A stretch of DNA of 64,000 nucleotides from Nemertoderma westbladi. Taxonomy: Eukaryota; Animalia; Xenacoelomorpha. A program made the translations under genes and the position numbers. Positions 25,149 through 35,700 of the stretch are shown piece after piece. The number at the start of each line of letters is the position of its first letter. Position 1 is the first letter of the stretch. Location: assembly GCA_032718475.1 (NCBI GenBank), contig JAUCBJ010009083.1, forward strand, positions 1-64,000. Reading direction: 5' to 3'. Below the pieces are notes generated by a model that searched no databases, was not told the DNA's origin, and was given only the letters and a program-made list of their open reading frames with translations.

Positions 25149-26787
25149 TTCGAATAAACGCCTCCCCGATTGCGAATTTATAAACATAAACACACGGGCT
25201 CTTTCGAGTAAATACGGTACAGTAGTTTAATTAAACATAATAATGAGTTGCCCTGCAGCGCGACCGAACTGAATGCTGACGAGCATTTAGGAGCTAGGTT
25301 TAAAGGAAAGTATTGAAAGAAATATTTAAACTGTTGCAACTAATATAATTGGTAATATAATAAATAAATCGAAACTAATGAATAATTGAAACTAATATAA
25401 TCAATACATCATCAGTTATTTATCAATCTCACTCACTGAAAATGTATAAATTATTGTCCTATCCTCAAGTACGGTACACTGTATACTTAGTTATCAATGG
25501 CAACTATTACCTACGATAAATACAGTGAGTATGGATGCCAGTACATACCGTTTGGTAAATGTTTCAGTTCATACATAGTGTAGGCCTACCGAACGATACC
25601 AATGGTTTAAGGTCTTGATAATATAAACCAGATGTATGTTGGTCTTGCTGGTATGTATCAGTTCGGTTTAGCTGTTCGGAAATGTTTCGATTCATACATT
25701 GTGTAGGCCTAATGCTAGTGGTGGTTTAGGTATATTGATGGGCTGACATATTTTTATAACCTATAATTAGCACATAATATCTTTTGCATTAATGATTGAT
25801 TACATTAATTAATTTAGGTTGTTATTTCCACTTCTTCCACCTTTAAAAAAAAAAGGTAAAAAAGGTGTAGTAAATGCGAGCCCTGTAGTGCATAGTTCAG
25901 TCAATCGATAGTCATTGGACTAAAGTTATTGTCTACACCAAGTTTGTAGAATACCCCACCAATTAGTAAAATCGATGTTGCCAAGGAAAGAAACAGGAAA
26001 TTGAAAGTGGGCCGCATAATATATTTTTATAGACTTTTTTGGGGTATTAATAAGGCGATGTACAGTATAGAATGAATAAAATTGGTTTGGATGAATTGCG
26101 AATTTGTTATGAGTTTGACTCCCTTTTTTGGCTAGATTGACTCAACTAACATTTAAAAAATACATATTGACACAAATCGAATGAATTATCTCATTTTAAT
26201 GCCGGTACTACAAGAAGGGCGGTAGACATAAGAGATCAAAATAAATGTGAAAGATCATACTAATGTAAATAAATATTGTCATTGTTGTGGATGTGGGGAG
26301 AATTGGGGAATTTCATAATCGGACGCGAGCCAGTTCAGGAAATATCTGCCTTGATTGGCTATGACTGATCGTGGTGTATGGAAATTAATAAATTAAATTA
26401 AGTCAGTTCATCGTTAGTTCATACTTAAATAATCAATTGAATTACAGCCAATAGTAATATTGGTAATCATGGTTAATATTGGTATCAGGAATTTGTGGTA
26501 CTGCAAGTACCGAATATACCACTTCAGAATTACCAAATCCTTAACAATTCAGGATCATGAAATCGACAATTTATTAAATTGATTGGTACAGCCGATAATG
26601 CAACTGTAATAAACAAGAAATTCAGATTCAGAAATGGAAGAATTTGATATTGAAAGCCCAGGTCACTGCCACGATCGGCCAGCTTTTCCAGGAAATGGCT
26701 CATGTCCTCAGATCAACCATGCACAATACACGAAGTAACTAATAAATCATCGACAGAATGTATAAGAACAGTTATTGGGTCGCTAAA

Positions 26788-29700
26788 CTACTGACTGACT
26801 TTTGCCAGAATCCTCATCGCCCGCTCTATCTTCCCTCTGATTGCCTCTGCATCTCTTAATGGCATTGGGACGATCTTTCCCTGGCTTTTATTTCCCACAT
26901 TCCAAAATCTGGAGAGTGTTTTTGTCTGTGTTTTCAGAACAAATTGAATCCCCTCACTACCCACTGATGGTGGACCAACGAGATCCATATATTCATAGAC
27001 CCATATAGATTCCCAATTCTCAAGCATGATACTCTTCCTAGCACATAGAACACAGCTATCTGTTGCGAGAAGGAGCTGTCGACTATCTGGAGTCAACATA
27101 AGATGGCAGAGGTACGTCCTTGTTGCAAACTTTCCCCCATCCACATCCTTTAGAATACAGTTACCAGCAGCCTCCTCTAATGAATAAGGCTTAATTGTTT
27201 CTCCTTGGTATAAAATCCTCGGTGGTCGTACCCTCTTAACAATATCAGCGGAGTCTGCAACTTGTTTAATTCCCTCAAAAGTACTTGAAGCCATATCAAG
27301 CACCCCGGTGGCAGGCCTTGTGACCAGCCCCATCACACCCTTTCCGGCTCCCATCATCAACCCTTTAAACCCACCCTTACACGCACCCTGTATAGGTTGT
27401 GTTACAACACCTGTTAAACCTTGGAACAACCCCTTACCTAGACTCTCGGCCCCCTGTTTCACCGCTCCTTTCATGTCTGTTGGTTTATCGCTCCGGTGCT
27501 CCCGACGTTTTGTTCTGAAATCATCATCGAATGAAAGTGCAGCAACTCCTTTACCGAGAGTCCCTGTTATTCTCGAACAAGCACCAGTGACACCACCGAC
27601 CGTGTGGCCAATCAGTGAATGAAAACCCAGGGCTACTCCCTCTACAAATTCAGCAGGACCCTGGACGGCGCCTTGGTAGGGCTCATAAAACAGATCCGTG
27701 ACACCCTGGCCAATACCACGAATCAGACCAAAGGGGTTACCAAGAACATCTAGTCCAAGGATCAGCACATAAACCTGTTTGATTACTTGACTCTTGTAGT
27801 GCGTTAATACATCTGATTGCAGCGCCTCTTGGCTGTAGAACTTGTGTTCCTGTTGGAAAGCATTTATCTTAAAGACCAAATCACGCACACCCGTTATTGT
27901 CACACCAACTGTCTGCAGGAAGGTATCCATGGCAAGATTTATTGGATTATAGGAACGCAATCTGGACTGGTCCAAAGAACTCTGCAAAGAAAGACTCAAA
28001 TGTAACTTAATAGGCGATAAATGGATGTAGTTGTAGAAATTTTTAACATCATCTTTAACTGCCTGAATAGCACTAGAATCATGTAGAGAGCCTTGAATGT
28101 AAGTCAAATCATTAGCAAAGGCTTTCACATAGTCCTTTAACTCGTCTTCCTCATCAGGATCAAACAAACTTATTAAACTCTTGATGAAGACCTGATCCAA
28201 TTTCAATGCAAATTCTTGAACGAGAGCAGAAAAGTACTTGATTTCCATGAAGTTACTGTACTCAATTGGTCGCAGCACCAAACTCATCTCCACAAATGGT
28301 TTTGGTATGGCAGTGTTGGTTATACTCTTTGGCAGAGGCCATGGATACAACACCACAGGAAAGATGGCATCATTCAGTTGATTATCAATCTGCAGCCGAT
28401 TTAGTTTGAAATTAAGTTGCTGTGAATATATGGCTTGACGGTACTGCAACCCGATACCACACTGGAAAGAACGACGAATATTTGCAGATCCCATCACCAT
28501 TTTATCAAAATTCACAATTATACCCTCGCCTAGTTTCTCAGCTCGTGCAGTTCCTGTGTTCAGTAAAAATTTCTGGTAGCCCTTCTCAATAATTTCAGAC
28601 TGTTTTATAGTCAATGGTTTCCATTGACACCCAGCCTTTTTACACTCCCAGACTTCATGAGAGCTGGTAATGCTAATGTAAGAAATATCCACCATGTGGT
28701 TATGGTTTACTAGCGAGATTCCTATTCCCTGAAGTTGGACACTATACTCAATCTGGACATGGTTCAATTCGTTAGTGTGTCGGGCATGGGTGACTTGCAC
28801 CAAGTCGTTTGTAAACATTAATACCCTTTGTTGCCCATCCAAAAATGAAACCCAGAATACGTCAAGGTTATCATCCATCTCCAGAGTACCAAATCCATCA
28901 GATAAAAGGTCAGACTTTATTTTGTTTTTCAATAATTCACATTCTAGTTCGCGTTTGCTGCATGGGTCATCCCATGTATATAAAATAGCTTTCTGTGGTA
29001 GAAGTTCCGCTCGATTTGAGGCTACACCACTCTGAGTGTAATACAGATTAACACTGCTGCTATTTACCAGCAATGCTACAGCAGCCCCATTTGTATAATC
29101 GGAGAAGCTGACTGTAGTTGCACAGTCAGAGACTTGGACATTCACTACAATGCCACCAATATTTGGGTTAACATCTTTGAGACATATGTAATCTTGATTC
29201 GAAATTGAAAATGGGATTGTTCTACTTTTAGAACCCAAGGCTTTGACAGTCATTTTCAAATCCTTTGCTCGTTTACCCATCGGCCAATAAGGTGAACATT
29301 CAGAAGGTTTCATAGTGAACCACTGTAATTCATTGGAACTAGGCCAATATTTCGATACAGATATAGGCGTTTTACAGTTATTTAACAACAGAAAATAAGG
29401 AGAGAAAATCAGAAGCTTACTCAAATGGAATCCTGACATCCGTATTTCAAGACCAATATTGTAAAGGGGTGTTCCTTTGGTCTCCTTGCACTCAATAGCC
29501 CCATTAGAACCTACCGCATCCATAGAAAACTTAGACGACCAACTGCAGTTTGCACCATTAACACGTAGCAACAGTTTCTTCTCTTCAGATAATTGTTTCG
29601 CACTGTATGACATCATGACTATCCCACGATTTGAAGGCTCATGTGAGATTATTTTATTATCACTTGAAATCTTATATTCCAGAGTCAATCCAGTTTTATT

Positions 29701-32700
29701 AACTATCCAATAAGGACAATATACAGATATTTCAATATAGCCCCCAATATGTATGGTTTCGATACCAATATTGAAATCTCCAGAGAATAGTTCAGTACTT
29801 AGCTTTTTGGTTTTGGAGGACAAGTGTATCACACCCTTATGTTTTGTGCCAGTGTGGTCTTCACAATGAAGTGTCAGCTTACTCATTTCTAGAATCGCTG
29901 TGTAAAGGGGAATTTTTTGACCAGGGATTAATGGCATAAAGTTCCTTTTTTTAGAGCCTGAGACATTATAATGTATGTGGTAAGGCATGCAATTGATGAG
30001 AACTACAACAGGATTTATATGAATTGTTCTAAATGGAATCATGCTACTTTCACAATTAACTGAACTTACAACTTCGACCTTATATGATATATTTGCTGTT
30101 AAACCAGCTTCTTGACTATTTTTACTGGGACATGTGCAAAGAATCGATTCTCCAGGTACTCTTGAAAAGTCTGTAGTAATTGGTGTTGTTGATAAATCAT
30201 AGCTGTCCTTTCCTAGAATAGGGCGCGGTTTGATATATAATGCAGAGATTATCTCTGAAACATCAAAAGGGACACAAAATGTAGCATTTGGTTCGACATC
30301 CCCTACATGCTTAACCTTTTCTCTGATGTCGTTATTCATAAAAATTGTAAATCCTGTAGGAAAATGATTCCTAATTTGCAATGAACTTTTTAATATTACA
30401 GTCTTCATTGCTCGAGAAGCCTGTACTTCAACAACAAGTCCTCTTGTTTCACTAGAGTTTTCTGCTTTGGTTGTATAATACAGTGTAGAGGATTTTCCAA
30501 TAGGTATATCAACCACATCATGGTATCCAGGAATCCTAACTGAGACTGTATACTGCTCGTGATTGATGTTAGCCCCTCTAGGGTTTAATAAGGACCCTTT
30601 AGCTCCCCCCAAGTCTAACATCACACTTTTACCACCAGGGAGATTCACACTTTTACCACCAGGGAGATTTGCAAGGCTTAGCTGTGAGTTATGGCGGAAT
30701 ATTAATATATTTGGGATAATCAATATTATTGGGCAGCCAAGATCATTTAAGATTATAAAGGGAGCTCTATTCGCAAGGCTATCAACTAATAACTTATTTG
30801 ACTTTCCCTCATAAGCTTCTTGATATTCCGCCAGCAGCCAACCCAAGACGTGGATGCCTGTATTTGATAACGTCAATTCTATTGTGTCTTCACAACAAAT
30901 ATTTAATGCAGCCTCTGGCATCTTATAAGCCTCTGGTACACTATCTTCTTCATCTACAACAACGCCAGAAGAAACCTCATATAATATTTCAAACAACAGA
31001 TCCCGCCTAGTGCGTCTTTTTCCTTCAATAGTTTCAATAAATGGCTCCCACTCACACATTTGTTCATTATAAATGTTGCAATTTGCAATTACCTTACAAC
31101 TAAAGCGCATATCAGAAGACCAATTGGTTAATTCACCGAAAACCTCAGAGTGAAGAACAATCATTGGAACACGAGTGGTCCCTGCAAAAGCTTCCAAACG
31201 TATAACAATTGTGTTGAACTTTATGACCATGTTCTCCTTGATGGGTTTGTTGGAAGATTTAATTCTTTTATTTAAACCTGTTACAACAGCCTTGTCATTG
31301 GGAAAATCTAGGCTAGTTTTGTTAACAAATGTCTTTGTAAACCAATAAGTGTTACTTGTAATTTCCTTTTCAATCCACATATCTTTAAGCTCTGGGGGAA
31401 AAGGATCTTGCACAACCCAATCCAAAACTTTATAATAGCTCCTCTGTATTTCTGACAAAGTCATAATTATACGGGAATCTATATTTATAACAATACCTGA
31501 GGTAAAATTTACCTCTGCAGATTTTTCTCCATTGGGTAATATTTGGTTATAAACAAAGTTGATAGAAGTGGGGTCCATCAGTTCTTCCTTTCTTGTTTCA
31601 TTATCCTCAGAAATATAAGGTCCATATTGAATACTAAAGTCACTAACTGCACCTTGAACGTGCACTTTATCTGATGTTACAACACACTGTCCATAATAAT
31701 CGCTAGTTAAAGTCAATGCATAACTATTAGTGTTGTAGTAATCAGCAATTAGCACGATTTCTGGCTGCTTAAGTTCAAATACAATATTAACATTTCCCTT
31801 TTTGTCTAGAGGTTTATCTTCAATTGGATCAAAATGCACTTGCCTTTTACTTGTTGTAGGAGCCTGTTTAGGTACACCTTCTGGTATATTAGACTGCCTT
31901 CTTTTTCCATTCTTCATTGCTTCTTCCATCTCTATTAATGGTAGACTATACAACTGATACAACTTCATAATGAAATCAATGCAAAAGCAAATATATAATT
32001 CATTTATCACAACATTGATATCACAATCACCACTAGCCATGGTAATTATCTTAGCATCTACTACTGTGTTCAAATTATTTTCCTTGGAACTTCTGTGGAA
32101 TAAACTAGTAGGATTTTTAGGGTCATGCCGATTATCATTCAAGTTAATATCTTTAAACGAAAATGAGATTTCAGTGGCGCTATTCCTCTTTATATCCACT
32201 TTTATAGCAATTTCACCCAATTGCAGATTTGCAAAAGCCTTACTACTATCCCTTACAATAGCAGGTGACTTTCTGACTTCTGATGATTCCACCAACATAA
32301 TACGCTGTTCAAAATTTTTTGATTTATCACCAGCTTCTGCCCATAATAATCTATCAACAATTTCATGAAAATTTCTCACCACAGTATTCGACCCTATGTC
32401 CTTTTCAATAACATTCCATGACCGATATTTAGTTGACTTTGAAAGGTATTTATGAATTTGCTCCAATTTCTTTGTTTTTAATTCAGAATCCATGGTACAA
32501 ATTAATTCATGTAATGGTAATGTTCTTTGTTTTTTTATTAAAGGTGATGTCAATTTCTCCAATTCAAAATCATTTTGTATTGCTACTGAATCAATAATAG
32601 GCATACCAAATTCGTGAATATTTATTTCCTCATCATGTGTGCAGATAAGCACTGATTTCATCATAAAAGTAAGCAACGCAGATGATGATGAAGGAGTTAT

Positions 32701-35700
32701 GTTTTCATTGGTTACTGCCAGGTCAGTACCAACTACTTTTATTTGCTTAGTATGGTATTCCTTACTAGCTTTCTTGCCTTTTCTTCTTTGTCGTGTTTTT
32801 TGTTTTATGTGTTTTACACCAACACTAGATGTGAAACTTGCAAAACTAATTTTATCACCACTAGTAAAAGCAGGTCGCTCATTTAAGTTCTCATTCAAAA
32901 TAGACAATATAAGTCGCATATCATCTTGACCAATGTCAATGGTCACTGTATCTAACTTAAATTCATTAACTTCAATATCAGGTTTTTTATTAAACCATGA
33001 ACAACTCAAGTTCCGATTGACATGTAAAGAACATTCAATTGGCCTTAGGAGAAGTACTTCATGTTGAATCTGAAGTAATTTATTAACAACAACACGCGAT
33101 ATTTTCACATCACTCAATGAAATATCCATTGAATCTATCAAAACCACTGCTTTACTTTTTTGCATTCCTGAAATGTCTGTTGTTTGAAATGACTTAATTT
33201 CATTTTTTGCTACTATTTTTCCCAAATTAGCCACCAAGCAATGAAGGGAAGATGATTTTTGAGGAATGAGAATTTCTGGAGCAACAACAGTTACATCAAT
33301 GATAATCCTGGAAGTCTGCACATAAGCAGTTTGCATACCAGATGCAGTGATATCTGTGGCATCCACATAAACAGATATGATACTTTCTTTAGCTGTTGTA
33401 AATTTTTCAAGAAATGTTATCATTGCCATAACCCACTTGTGTATATAAACAAATCGCAAACAACTAGTTCTTAAATAGACCTCCATATCAACAAAGTTGT
33501 CATCAACAACTGGAGGTCTGCCTTTGAGTTGTGGCATAGGCGTATAAATATTTAAGTGAAATGTAAATAATTCCTGGCCAATGATTGAAAGGAGTTGAGG
33601 ATAAGTTGCCTGAAATGAACGATCATAAATTCTGATATCGGATAGTGTCGAGTTGAGTGACATTTTTTGTCCATGTAGCTCCACAGCTGCAGATAGATCA
33701 CTCAAAGTAAATAATGATATTTCATATTCATCAATAGAGAACACTGTATATAACCAATCGAGACTAGCTTCCACTTTCAGCGCAACAATGTCAACCTTTC
33801 TTCGTCTAGTGGCCTCAAGCTTATCTAAAATGCCTTTAGTAATATCTCCTGCATGAACAAGTAGTGGTGCTAGTAATATTTTTTCATCTATACCATCTGC
33901 ATTTTCTGTTGTATCTGCATCACCCATCTTGGTAATTAGTTTAGCGTAAAACTCCAATATATTTAGTAAAACTTCTTGGTGAAAATGTAAATCTAACTGT
34001 CTGATGTTCAGCTTAATATTTTGCTCAATATTTTCATAGCAGCTCTGAAAGTATGGACACCGCCTGTCTGCTAGTATATAATGCATATTCAATAATGTTT
34101 TGCTATTTCTATAGAATCCTGAATCAATAAGTATAACCTCATCCCTATCATGGCCAGTTTCATTATTTTTTAATATTATTCCACCAATAGAAGAATCAAT
34201 AGTGCTATCCCAATCATGTGATGTACAATCCAGCCCAATAGATCGCACTTCCAGATCAATAAGAGTTTTATATGTCTCATCATCTTCATACCTTGAAATC
34301 TTTACATTGAGTTTATCGATAGAGAATTCGCATTTCATGGTTACATTTTGGCTTTCATGAGATGTTAAATTGACATAATCACAAGTTTGGTTTTCTCCAG
34401 ATATATGACTACGATAGACTTCATTAATGCATGATGAACCTGCTTTTGATGAATTGAATGTAGAAAGAACCATGCCATCATCATGTATTGGGGGGCATTT
34501 TGGCAAAGGGATGCTTGTGGTAATGGATACAATTTCTTCGAGCATTTTGTCACTAACATTAAAAGAAATACATGGAAACTTACTAATAATTTTTATTGGT
34601 GGCAAACATCCAACATCATCAATTGCTTGGAATATATCAACATTAAAATCTGTTTGATGTAGCAAGTGAGAATAGGTACATGTTTTTAATCGTATACTGT
34701 GCCAGTCGTCCCCTTTTTTTCTAAAAAATATTTGCACAGCATTTAATTTGGCATTAAATTTATCATAAAGTGTATCAACTAAATCATCAAATATGGCGTC
34801 ATGGGGTTTCTCATTGAGTGCTTTCCATTTGGACTGAATTACTTGTCGTCTGGAAACATCTGAAACAATTGTGAGTCGACCCATATCAACCACCATATAT
34901 GATCCAATACCATCATCATATATACCATTTTCAGGAATAATTAAGATACTGGGATTGATATCAATGACAATATCTGTAACTTTTGCATGTTGCAACATAT
35001 TCATAACACCACACTTAGTAGAATCTTGAAGATCTCGCAAAGCTGCTAAAATCTCAACTTGCAATTGTTCTAAATGTAGTGACGTTTCAGGGGTAAACAT
35101 TTCAATAATTCTATTGACAGTAGCAGCATCATATATCACCTCCACTGACTGTGTATTCAATTGTATTTTTTGATCACAAGATCCATCTAAAGGTTTTGTT
35201 TCGATCATTCCAGTAATTAAAGTGCTTCGACCATTGGCAATATCAGTTGAACTTTTTGACATAATCAAAGGAATTTTATTTTCAATTTTGAGTCCAGTTA
35301 CTATAACAGATTCAACCGAGAAAGTAGCTGCTATTGCTTGAGCTGATGGCCTATATGACAGTGAACATGTCTGATTGCTTATAACAGTTTGAGATACTGA
35401 TGAGTCACCATGCCAATCATCAATTAGTCGAAAAACAATTGAATGTAAGACAAAATCGAATTTATAACCAATATAACTTTTAGGAAAACCCAAATCCTCG
35501 ACTGTCTCATCTTCAGTATAACCAATTGCTTGATAAACTTGTGCCTTTTCAGAAAGATCCATTTTTCTTGACTGTATAATGTTTGATGTGTTTCCAAAAA
35601 ACCAGGAGAATACACCCCCTTTTGAAGTCTGTTCTCTTTCATATTTAATTTCTGCTTCTATGCGGCATATTGTAATACTTAATACAGATAGAAGTTTCTC

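Larger units (their letters stand above)
22315..25217. mobile_element. Tc1/mariner-type MITE related to 7285-7533, split by a nested insertion
   Basis: Ends are TA|CCGTAATTACTCGAATAAG and CTTTCGAGTAAATACGG|TA. Internal TAAACGCC repeats occur on both sides of the insert. Confidence 0.8.
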
